Assembly (NCBI GenBank): GCA_963663035.1
Contig: OY760074.1
Span: 1,280,001 to 1,344,000, forward strand
Direction: 5' to 3'
Origin: Acidobacteriota bacterium
GTDB lineage: Bacteria; Acidobacteriota; UBA6911; RPQK01; JADFOI01
DNA: 64,000 bases
This document shows, piece after piece, positions 28,261 through 36,905 of the stretch (position 1 is the first letter of the stretch; each line of letters begins with the position of its first letter). The translations under genes and the position numbers were made by a program. The notes under the pieces are model-generated. The model made no database searches. It was not told the DNA's origin and worked only from the letters and a program-made list of their open reading frames with translations.

Positions 28261-30486
28261 TCAAAACCGGTGTGTGAAGGAAAACTTCATGGCCAGGTTG
28301 CGGTCCAGCGTTTGGAAACCATCCAGTGGGTCAGACTCCTGATTCAACCAATTGTGCTGGTACACGATGAACAGGTCGTTACCAGGTGTCAGGATCCAGC
28401 GAAAACGGGACTGCCAACCGAGAAGATCTGAAACGGAGTCGTACTGGATATTGTTGGAGAGCTGAATCCAGGGATTGAATTGGGTGTCGGCAGTGACACG
28501 ATAGAGACGCGTATAAAAGCGCCCCTCGGCAAGGTTAATGCGATTCCACTCGCTGGTCAATCTCACCACCACCCCTTTACGAGGGCGAAAGGCCAGGGTG
28601 ACCGCCGCTTCTTGACGATTGCCCGAGAAAAAATCCCCGAACTCCACCCGCCAGACACTCCCTACCATCCGGCTGGGGGTCGTTGAGAGCTGCATCGAGT
28701 AGCGGTTGAAGCTGTACTCGCCTCCCGCCGGAAGTGTCACCCCGGGATGAATCTCGAAGTCGCGTAGCAGCCGCTCGAAATTCGGCTTCACGTGTACCTG
28801 AAACGAGTCCCGGGAATGGAGATCCGCCTGAAAGACCGTGAAGTTCATTTGCCGGGTCAGGAAGCGGTTGTCCATGTCCGTGCGCAGATCGAGATTAGCT
28901 CCAAAGGAGAGCCGACGGATCCAGCGATGCTGGCGCGGCCGCGGCGAAAACAGCAGTGACGGGCTGTAGCTTCTAAAGCCGGATCGTCGAGTAAAGCCAA
29001 GGGCGGGATCGTGATTCTCCTGTACTTCGTCAAAGGACATTTTGGCGTCCCAACGATCGTTTGGGTAAGCCAGGCGGAACCCATAGGCCAGGTTCTCCCC
29101 GCTCTTCAGCGGGTTTGTGTTCCAAAGGAAGAAGCCATTGAACCTGAGATTCTGCGACTGAAGAAAGCTGGAGGTGCCCAGTTCGAAATCCAGTCCCGCC
29201 GTGTGCAGATCAGTTGTCCCCGTCTCTCGCGCCGTTCGCCGAGTAAAGAGCATCCCCAGGTAGGACTGGGAGAGGAGACGTCGTTTGACACGCACCACGG
29301 TAAAATCTTCTCCGGCCACCTCCCCTTCGCGACCTGTTCGCACCTGCAGGAACCCGATGTCCTGCGCCCCGACTTGTCCGGTCAGCTTCGTACCGAAATC
29401 GATCTTTTGAGGGTTCCCGTCCTGGTCAAGGCCGATCTGACGGCTGAAGAAGGGCTGAACGGCCCCACCCCCTCCAAAGGATCTGGCCAGATAGAAATTC
29501 AGAAACGTGGAACCGTCAAGGAAAAAATCGCGCTTTTCCGGAAAGAAAAGCGAGAAGCGAGTGAGGTTCACGAGCCGCTGGTCCACTTCCGTCTGAGCAA
29601 AGTCGGTGTTGAAGGTAAAGTTGGCGCGCAGCCCGGGCGTGAGGTTATAAAAGAGGTCCATGCCGACGTCAGCATCTCCGATAAATGCAGGGTTTCCACG
29701 CCCCGGCTCATTGGAAAGCGTACCGACCAGATATGGTTTGACATCCAGTCCCAGTCCCTGGCTTACCTCGCTGATGCCGGTGAGAAGCCCGGCACTGGGC
29801 AGGTGAAACAGACCCTGGTTCCGAGCATGTCCGCTCCAGAGATTCTCCTCGTTTTTTCGCCGAATTGAACGCTGGAAATTGATGCCCCAGGCCGGCGCGT
29901 TGGGATCGAAATTGAGCGTTCGAAAGGGAAGCTCGATCTCGATTGTCCAACCGATCTCACTGCGTCGCACACGGGCGTTCCAGATACCATCCCAGGCCCT
30001 TTCATTGGAACCACCGGTACCTCTCAACGAGTCCGCCATGAGTCCAGAGGGATTCATCTCGAAGAAGTATCCCGTCCGAGCGTCTAGAAAGGTGTCGATC
30101 ACCCACATAAAGCGGTCGTCAGCCGAGAGGAACTCGTCCCGCTTCATGGTATTGCCCAGCAATTTGTCAGGTTCCGAGTCGAAACAGATCACCCCCATGT
30201 AGAGCCGCTGGCGGTCAAACACGATTCTCACTTCGGTTCGTTCCGTGGGTGTTCCGCCGTTGATGGGATCCTGCTGCAGGAAGTCGGTGGCCGGAACGGC
30301 GCGCTGCCAGATCGGCTCCTCCAGGCGTCCGTCAAGGTTGATCGATTCATCGTCGTTCATTCGCAGGGCCACTAGGGTGCGCCGTTCTGGCTGTTCGGTC
30401 CTTTCCTGGACCTGGGCGCTCACACCACTGATGGATAAAAGAAGACAGAGGACTGGAAACAATCGATGCAGGATGGTCAACCTCAC
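28261..30486 (-). CDS. CBM9-like/DUF5916 outer-membrane protein
   Basis: Signal peptide; LDGRLEEPIW, NTDFAQTEVD, FFPEKRDFFL; beta-strand C-terminus ending in F. Confidence 0.8.
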   Translation of the reverse strand: MRLTILHRLFPVLCLLLSISGVSAQVQERTEQPERRTLVALRMNDDESINLDGRLEEPIWQRAVPATDFLQQDPINGGTPTERTEVRIVFDRQRLYMGVICFDSEPDKLLGNTMKRDEFLSADDRFMWVIDTFLDARTGYFFEMNPSGLMADSLRGTGGSNERAWDGIWNARVRRSEIGWTIEIELPFRTLNFDPNAPAWGINFQRSIRRKNEENLWSGHARNQGLFHLPSAGLLTGISEVSQGLGLDVKPYLVGTLSNEPGRGNPAFIGDADVGMDLFYNLTPGLRANFTFNTDFAQTEVDQRLVNLTRFSLFFPEKRDFFLDGSTFLNFYLARSFGGGGAVQPFFSRQIGLDQDGNPQKIDFGTKLTGQVGAQDIGFLQVRTGREGEVAGEDFTVVRVKRRLLSQSYLGMLFTRRTARETGTTDLHTAGLDFELGTSSFLQSQNLRFNGFFLWNTNPLKSGENLAYGFRLAYPNDRWDAKMSFDEVQENHDPALGFTRRSGFRSYSPSLLFSPRPRQHRWIRRLSFGANLDLRTDMDNRFLTRQMNFTVFQADLHSRDSFQVHVKPNFERLLRDFEIHPGVTLPAGGEYSFNRYSMQLSTTPSRMVGSVWRVEFGDFFSGNRQEAAVTLAFRPRKGVVVRLTSEWNRINLAEGRFYTRLYRVTADTQFNPWIQLSNNIQYDSVSDLLGWQSRFRWILTPGNDLFIVYQHNWLNQESDPLDGFQTLDRNLAMKFSFTHRF

Positions 30487-30618
30487 GCTTGGAACTCCAA
30501 ATCAGTCGGGCGGAATCGGGGATTGTATCTTGCAGGCCAATGAGAGGTCGAGGACGGGAAAGAGGAAGTTTCCTATTGCCTTTGAGGACTCCAGGATCTA
30601 CTATCGGTCCTAGAAAAG

Positions 30619-31482
30619 ATGACTTTCCCAAAGAAAGCAGGCACGCGGAATCTTCCAGCCGTGATGATCCTGGTGGCCCTGTTCGCTCCAGTTCTAGCCC
30701 AGGAACAGAAACTGGAACCGGAGGAACTGGTCGCCCGGCACCTGCAAGCTATAGGCCCTCCTGAGGCTCTGTCGGCTGTCCAGAGCCGCAGTGCACAGGG
30801 AGTCGGACGAGTGGAAGTTCTCCTGGGTGGCGCCGGTTCTCTGGAGGGACCAGCCCGCTTCGTTTCAGAAGGACGCAAGGTTTTTTTGTCCATTCAATTC
30901 AATGCGCTCAACTACGCCGCTGAAGAGGTCTCCTTTGACGGTGAGGACTGCTATGTGGGAAATACTCAACCCGGACTTCGCTCTCAGCTGGGGCAATTCC
31001 TTTACCAGTACGACGACCTGGTCGAAGAAGGCCTTCTGGGCGGGGTGCTCTCCACAGCCTGGCCGCTGCTCGACCTGGAGGCCAGGAGTCCCAGGTTGGA
31101 CTATGAGGGTCTGAAGAAAGTCAATGGCCAGGAGCTTCTGGACCTCAGGTATCGCATGAGGAGAGGGGGAACAGATTTCAGGATTCACCTCTACTTCGAC
31201 CCCGAGACCTTTCGTCACATGGCCACAACTTACAGGCTCAGGGTCCCTGCCCCCATGGGCGCCACCATCAAGGAATCCGCCAGGCAGACCGACACTTACT
31301 ACACGCTCGAGGAGTGGTTCAGCGATTTTGAAACCACAGATGGTCTGGACTTGCCGACTTTCTGGACGATCCGGCTGACTCTCGAAACCCGGACCGGCAC
31401 CTTCCTCGCCAAATGGGACATGCTCTACCCAGAGATTCGCCACGATCTGTCCATTGATCCCCAGGTCTTTGTCCTTCGTTAA
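30619..31482 (+). CDS. Secreted protein, possibly LolA-like, paralog 1 of 3
   Basis: Signal peptide; KLEPEELVARHL..IG, LYFDPETF; 287 aa. Confidence 0.75.
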   Translation: MTFPKKAGTRNLPAVMILVALFAPVLAQEQKLEPEELVARHLQAIGPPEALSAVQSRSAQGVGRVEVLLGGAGSLEGPARFVSEGRKVFLSIQFNALNYAAEEVSFDGEDCYVGNTQPGLRSQLGQFLYQYDDLVEEGLLGGVLSTAWPLLDLEARSPRLDYEGLKKVNGQELLDLRYRMRRGGTDFRIHLYFDPETFRHMATTYRLRVPAPMGATIKESARQTDTYYTLEEWFSDFETTDGLDLPTFWTIRLTLETRTGTFLAKWDMLYPEIRHDLSIDPQVFVLR

Positions 31483-31498
31483 ACCGTCCATGAATAGC

Positions 31499-32362
31499 AT
31501 GATGTTTCAAAAAAGAGCCAGGCAGCTGTACTGTTCCATCGTCATTGTTCTGGTGGTCCTGCTCGCTCCCGTCCTGGCTGAGGATCCCAAATTGGAACCG
31601 GAGGAACTGGTCGCCCGGCACCTGGAGGCATTGGGCCCCCCTGAGATCCTGTCGACTGTCCAGAACCGCACCGCAGAAGGGGAGGGACGATTGGAACTTC
31701 AAGCGGGCGGAGCTGCTTCTCTTCAGGGGCCGGCCCTGTTTGTTTCAGAAGGACGCAAGATCTTGTTGTCCATCCAGTTCGGTGCGGTCAACTATCCTGC
31801 TGAGGAGGTCTCCTTTGATGGTGAAGAGTTCTATGTGAGTAACACTCAGGTCGGATTTCGTTCTCAGCTGGGGCGGTTTCTCTACCAGTATGATGACCTT
31901 GTCGAGGAGGGTCTTCTGGGCGGGGTGCTCTCCACAGCCTGGCCGCTTCTCGACCTGGAGGCCAGGAGGCCCAGGCTCGACTATGAGGGTCTGGAGAAGG
32001 TCGATGGCCAGGAGTTCCTGGATCTCAGGTATCGCATGAGGAGAGGTGCAGGAGATTTCAGAATCCACCTCTACTTCGACCCCGAGACCTTTCGTCACAT
32101 GGGCACAACCTACAAGCTCACCATCCCCGCCCCCATGGTTAGAAGCATCGAGGAGTCCGCAAGGCAACGTGACACCCGCATGACCCTAGAAGAGTGGTTC
32201 AGTGATTTTCATTCCACGGACGAGTTGGAGCTGCCGGCTCACTGGATGATCCGGCTGACCCTTGACACCGATGCCGGCCCTTTCCTCGCCACATGGGACA
32301 TGCACTACCCACAGATTACCCACGATCTGTCTATTGATCCCGAGCTCTTTGTCCTCTATTAA
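31499..32362 (+). CDS. Secreted protein, possibly LolA-like, paralog 2 of 3
   Basis: Start at MMFQKRARQ gives 287 aa, collinear with both neighbours. Confidence 0.75.
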   Translation: MMFQKRARQLYCSIVIVLVVLLAPVLAEDPKLEPEELVARHLEALGPPEILSTVQNRTAEGEGRLELQAGGAASLQGPALFVSEGRKILLSIQFGAVNYPAEEVSFDGEEFYVSNTQVGFRSQLGRFLYQYDDLVEEGLLGGVLSTAWPLLDLEARRPRLDYEGLEKVDGQEFLDLRYRMRRGAGDFRIHLYFDPETFRHMGTTYKLTIPAPMVRSIEESARQRDTRMTLEEWFSDFHSTDELELPAHWMIRLTLDTDAGPFLATWDMHYPQITHDLSIDPELFVLY

Positions 32363-32437
32363 TTCCCTTCAGCGACCAGAAGTTTCTGGTTGCCTTTGAA
32401 CCTTCAAGGAATTACCATCGGTTTAAGTGTCTAAAAC

Positions 32438-33301
32438 ATGACTTTTCAAAAGAGAGCCAGGCAGCGAAATTTTGCCGCCGTGATGATTCTGGTGGCCCTG
32501 CTTGCTTCCGTCCTGGCCCAGGAACCCAAACTGGAACCGGAGGAACTGGTCGCCCGGCACCTGGAGGCTCTCGGCCCTCCTGAGATCCTGTCGGCTCTCC
32601 AGAATCGCACCGCACAGGGAGTCGGGAAATTGAACGTTCTCATGGGAGGCTTCGGTACTCTGGAGGGGCCGGCTATCTTTGTTTCAGAAGAACGTAAGAT
32701 CTTTTTGTCCATTCAATTCGACTATACCAACTATGCCGCTGAACAGGTCTCCTTTGATGGTGATAAGGCCTATCTGGGCTATATTGACAGTGGAGTTCGT
32801 TCTGAACTCGGGGAGTTCCTCTACCGGTATGATGAAATCATCAAGGAAGGCCTTCTAGGCGGGGTACTCTCCACAGGTTGGCCCCTTCTCGACCTGGAAG
32901 GCAGGAGGCCCAGGTTGAACTACCGGGGTCTGAAAAAGGTCAATGGCCAGGAGATGTTAGATCTCAGGTATCGCATGAGGAGAGGGGGAACAGATTTCAA
33001 CATGCACCTCTACTTTGAGCCCAAGTCCTTTCGTCACCGGGCCACCACCTACCAAATCACGATCCCTGCCGGTATAGGCACTAGCATCGAGCAATCCTCA
33101 AGGCAACGGGACACCCGATTCACGCTTGAGGAGTGGTTCAGCGAATTTCGTTCCGTTGATGGGTTGGACTTGCCGACTCAGTGGACGATTGAACTGACTC
33201 TCGCAACCACGAGTGGCACCTACCTTGCCAAGTGGGAGATGAACTACTCACAGATTACCCACGATCTGTCTATTGATCCCGAGCTCTTTGTCCTCTATTA
33301 A
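32438..33301 (+). CDS. Secreted protein, possibly LolA-like, paralog 3 of 3
   Basis: 287 aa, collinear with paralogs 1 and 2. Confidence 0.75.
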   Translation: MTFQKRARQRNFAAVMILVALLASVLAQEPKLEPEELVARHLEALGPPEILSALQNRTAQGVGKLNVLMGGFGTLEGPAIFVSEERKIFLSIQFDYTNYAAEQVSFDGDKAYLGYIDSGVRSELGEFLYRYDEIIKEGLLGGVLSTGWPLLDLEGRRPRLNYRGLKKVNGQEMLDLRYRMRRGGTDFNMHLYFEPKSFRHRATTYQITIPAGIGTSIEQSSRQRDTRFTLEEWFSEFRSVDGLDLPTQWTIELTLATTSGTYLAKWEMNYSQITHDLSIDPELFVLY

Positions 33302-33392
33302 AACTCCCAAAGACCCCCACCAAGCCTGCTGATTTCTTCTCACCCTGGCGCACCCCCCCCTCTTTTCACAGGAATAGGGTATAATAGCTGAC

Positions 33393-33773
33393 ATGAAAAG
33401 GCTTATCGTATGTTCGCTATTGATGCTCTTTGGTTTGGGGACTGTTCTCTGGGCTCAGGATTTTGATTATTGGGAATGGACAGATGACCGTGATCATTTC
33501 TGGGCAGTTGCTCAAGAGCAACTCTACACCCATGTTGGGACGTTGGGCAATGACGTTTACGGAGGAGAGTCGCGACTGGTCATGAACTGGGAGTTTCCAG
33601 CGATGACGGGACAGCTGATTCTGATTGAATCTCGGGATCATCCACACCGGGAGATCCGTGAGGTTATGCACGTCCATGGAGACGACCTACTCCTGACTGA
33701 GAGGTTGGACTTCGACTATCTGGCGGGTGCCAGGCTCTATCAGCTGTCAAATAATCAGGTGCTGCCGAGGTAA
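33393..33773 (+). CDS. Secreted hypothetical protein
   Basis: Signal peptide ending LWA; TATAAT just upstream. Confidence 0.65.
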   Translation: MKRLIVCSLLMLFGLGTVLWAQDFDYWEWTDDRDHFWAVAQEQLYTHVGTLGNDVYGGESRLVMNWEFPAMTGQLILIESRDHPHREIREVMHVHGDDLLLTERLDFDYLAGARLYQLSNNQVLPR

Positions 33774-33801
33774 CTTCCAGCGGCGTTAGCCTGTCTCTCC
33801 G

Positions 33802-34545
33802 TTATTTCTCAGCCCCGGCTTGCTCGAGCACTTCTATGATCTCCAGGCGATCCATAGCCACGGCTGTCTGATAGGGAGTCCGGCCGGCCAGGTCCTTAGC
33901 GTTCACTTCCGCTCCTGCTTCCAGCAAAGCTCTCACCGTCTGGATCTGATTGACCACCACGCCTAACATCAAGGGAGTTATATCTGATTCGTTACCGATA
34001 TTGACATCCGTTCCCGCCCTGATTAAGGTTCCGATCGTTTCACTCTCCTCAACCAGCGCATTGAACAAAGCGGTTTGGCCCTTCTCGTCTTTTGCATTGA
34101 GATCAGCTCCCGCCTCAATCAGAACGTCTACGATCGGGATGTACTCCAGAAGGACCGCATGAATGAGGGGTGTGAGACCATCCCCGGTTTTCACATTAAC
34201 ATCCGCGCCTGCCTCCATCAAGGTCCTGACGGTGTCGATATGGTTTCCCCCGACTGCCCAAAACAGGGCATTCCTGCCCAACTTGTCTTGCCTGTTCACG
34301 TTCGCGCCTTCATCCAACAAGAACTCGACAGTTCTGGTCTTGCCAAACATTGACATGGCAATGAGGGCAGACCAGCCTTCCTCGTTTTGGGTGTTTACAT
34401 CCGCGCCTTCCTTCAGTAAAGCCTGGATTTTCTCACCATCTCCGTTTTCCACCGCTTCCATGAACTCGGAGTCCACATCTCGTGTGCAGGTTGTCAACGG
34501 AAGGAAAAGAGCCAGGACTATACCCAGAATGGTTTTTCGCGACAT
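33802..34545 (-). CDS. Ankyrin-repeat protein, probable lipoprotein
   Basis: Repeated GADVN...G.TPL units; LPLTTC lipobox; GAGGGAGG RBS. Confidence 0.88.
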   Translation of the reverse strand: MSRKTILGIVLALFLPLTTCTRDVDSEFMEAVENGDGEKIQALLKEGADVNTQNEEGWSALIAMSMFGKTRTVEFLLDEGANVNRQDKLGRNALFWAVGGNHIDTVRTLMEAGADVNVKTGDGLTPLIHAVLLEYIPIVDVLIEAGADLNAKDEKGQTALFNALVEESETIGTLIRAGTDVNIGNESDITPLMLGVVVNQIQTVRALLEAGAEVNAKDLAGRTPYQTAVAMDRLEIIEVLEQAGAEK

Positions 34546-34601
34546 AAGGCCTCCCTCGTCCCAAGGAACTGGAATATTACCCATCTTATACTAGGTGACC
34601 C

Positions 34602-34640
34602 TGAGAAGCGAGGTTATGAAATGAGAAGCGAGGTTATGAA
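34602..34640. repeat. 20-bp tandem duplication (TGAGAAGCGAGGTTATGAA x2)
   Basis: Read directly in the divergent intergenic region. Confidence 0.85.
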
Positions 34641-34698
34641 TTGTTGATTGACTTGCCCTCAATAATCGTGCCGATAATAGGGTCCACAGGAGGATAGC

Positions 34699-35802
34699 AT
34701 GGCAACCACAGCGGTGCATCAAAACCGACCAGTCTTTCACCAGAGGGCGTTTCACCCACTCGCGTGGGCGGTGATGGCTGGGAGCCTTTGGGTGGAGCTT
34801 TTCTGCCTGCCGACTTTTGGGCAAGAGCAGACAAAACCAGTGATCAAGCTCATTGCCACTGGCGGCACTATTGCGAATACCGCGAGCGGCCGGATCCCCT
34901 TTCAGCAGGTGATCGCAGATATTGAAAAGAACTTCCCCGAGACTCTCGAACTGCTGGACAGTGTGGAGTTCGAAGTTGTCGACCTTTTGCGCATAAGCAG
35001 TCAGGAGTTCTCTTCTGAGGATTTCCTCAACATTGTGCGCACCGTCAACAAAGTCATCGACGAGCCGGGCGTCAAGGGTGTCATTGTGATCCAGGGCACC
35101 TTCAGCACGGAGGAGACAGCCTATTTCCTGCACTTGCTGGTGAAGAGCAACAAGCCTGTCGTCATTGCCAACTCTCAACGTCTCCATGGAACGGTAAGCA
35201 ATGATGGCGACAAAAACTGGGTGGATGCCGTAGCGGTTGTGCTTTCACCTGAGGCCATCGGTAAAGGCGCAATGGTGGTTACCAACCAGACCATCAATTC
35301 AGGTCGAGAGGTACTCAAAACCAGCGTCCGTCCCGGCGCCTTTGTATCGGGAATTTATGGCGTCCTTGGAGTTGTTGAGTCAGACCGGGTGACCTTCTAC
35401 CGGGCGCCCACCCGTCGGCACACCACCACCTCCGAGTTTGACATTGAGACCATTACCACCCTCCCCAAGGTCGAAGTAATATCGGCTTACTATGACGCCG
35501 ACCCGGGGATCATCCAGGCGGCAGTCGATTTAGGTGTTGCCGGGATTGTGATCAATGGCTTTACCAACGGTGGCATTCCCTACAAAGACCAGCAGCCAGC
35601 ATTGGAGGCCTTGGCAGAAGCTGGGATGCCCATAGTTCGCACAGCACGCGGTGGAATAAACAACCGGGTATCGGTCAGCACCCAGGACAACTTTATCGAA
35701 GGAGACAACCTGGTGGCACACAAGGCGCGGATTCTTTTACAGCTGGCTCTCACGAAGACTTCTGATCTCAAAGAAATCCAACGGATATTCGACGAGTACT
35801 AG
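34699..35802 (+). CDS. Asparaginase/glutaminase-family protein with variant active site
   Basis: ATGGTIA, QGTFSTEETAYFL, SQR, DG..N, KARILLQLAL. Confidence 0.85.
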   Translation: MATTAVHQNRPVFHQRAFHPLAWAVMAGSLWVELFCLPTFGQEQTKPVIKLIATGGTIANTASGRIPFQQVIADIEKNFPETLELLDSVEFEVVDLLRISSQEFSSEDFLNIVRTVNKVIDEPGVKGVIVIQGTFSTEETAYFLHLLVKSNKPVVIANSQRLHGTVSNDGDKNWVDAVAVVLSPEAIGKGAMVVTNQTINSGREVLKTSVRPGAFVSGIYGVLGVVESDRVTFYRAPTRRHTTTSEFDIETITTLPKVEVISAYYDADPGIIQAAVDLGVAGIVINGFTNGGIPYKDQQPALEALAEAGMPIVRTARGGINNRVSVSTQDNFIEGDNLVAHKARILLQLALTKTSDLKEIQRIFDEY

Positions 35803-36003
35803 AGCCCGGAGAATGCAAAGGTTCTCGTCATGAAGCGGCGAAGGCGCCGGAAAACAGAGCCGTGGGCTTTAGCCCACGGGCCCGCAGGCTAAAGCCTTCG
35901 GCTCCGACTGGCGCGCAAGGGGTACCCGCTTGCGGGTCGTGCAACGCTGGCAGAGCGGATGATTTCGACGCTGCAGTAGAGAACTTATGCATTCTCCGGG
36001 CTA
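35803..36003 (-). mobile_element. MITE-like repeat, subfamily C
   Basis: TIR AGCCCGGAGAATGCA ... TGCATTCTCCGGGCT; shared core GGGGTACCCGCTTGCGGGTC. Confidence 0.85.
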
Positions 36004-36861
36004 AAGTGCGATAAGTGTGGTCAGCAGGTACCCGCCCTCTTTGTCGCTTTTATCCCGGGTTTGGTGAAAGACATCTTCCAGAACCTTGGAACGACAGTAG
36101 GTGGATGCGACCACTTTAAAGAGCTGATCTGCCCTGAATCCGTTCACAGGTTCCTGCAACGATCCCTCCTGAAAAGCCAGGCGCTGCCGTACCAGCTTGG
36201 TTAACTCGTTCCTGGGAGCGTTCGCATAATCTGCCCTTACGCAAACACCCCCTTTCTTGAGGAGACTTCGCAGGTTGCGCGAGATGAGGTTATCGGTGAG
36301 CAGTGAATCGCAAAGTGTCTCTGCATCATCCTCCACCGTCTCCTCCTCGGGATCTGGTTCACGTGTCTGGGCCAGGTAATCCGCTACGGCTTGATCATCC
36401 GGGTGACGGGAATCTGTCTCCTCCTCCGGGTCCGGCAGGTCAGGATCGGGAACGATGTTGGGAAAAACAAAAAGCAGCACATCGGCCTGGCTGCGAGGCA
36501 ACGAAAAATCAGGCAGCTTGCTTTCGATCAACTGTACCCGCTGCCGCCAGTCCAGTCCCATGAACTGAAGGCGTTTACCGGCCAATTCCAGCAAGAGCGA
36601 TGACCCATCGATTCCCGTGAGCCGCGAGTTGGGAAAGCGTCGATAGAGGCGGGTGAGCATATGCCCTGCTCCACAGGCATAGTCGATGATTTTCTCTGGC
36701 GGTCGCCCGAGAAATGAACCCAGGTACTGGGAAATTTTACGGTAGGCGTAACGGTGAGCGCGGTCGCTACTCTGGCTCAGCCACCATTGTCCCAAAGTTT
36801 GATTGTAGGTGCTCGGGCCGCTGTCCAGCTCGTCGTCAAAGTCGATCTTTCTATAATCCAT
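36001..36861 (-). CDS. Class I SAM-dependent methyltransferase
   Basis: IIDYACGAG motif I; GIDGS motif. Confidence 0.78.
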   Translation of the reverse strand: MDYRKIDFDDELDSGPSTYNQTLGQWWLSQSSDRAHRYAYRKISQYLGSFLGRPPEKIIDYACGAGHMLTRLYRRFPNSRLTGIDGSSLLLELAGKRLQFMGLDWRQRVQLIESKLPDFSLPRSQADVLLFVFPNIVPDPDLPDPEEETDSRHPDDQAVADYLAQTREPDPEEETVEDDAETLCDSLLTDNLISRNLRSLLKKGGVCVRADYANAPRNELTKLVRQRLAFQEGSLQEPVNGFRADQLFKVVASTYCRSKVLEDVFHQTRDKSDKEGGYLLTTLIAL

Positions 36862-36905
36862 CCATCAGCTGCGACTTAAAGCTCCAGGGGGAAGGATGAA
36901 TCCTC

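Noticed and set aside
30619-33301. Diversity-generating retroelement
   Set aside because: No reverse transcriptase; differences are not adenine-specific; all three copies are full genes.
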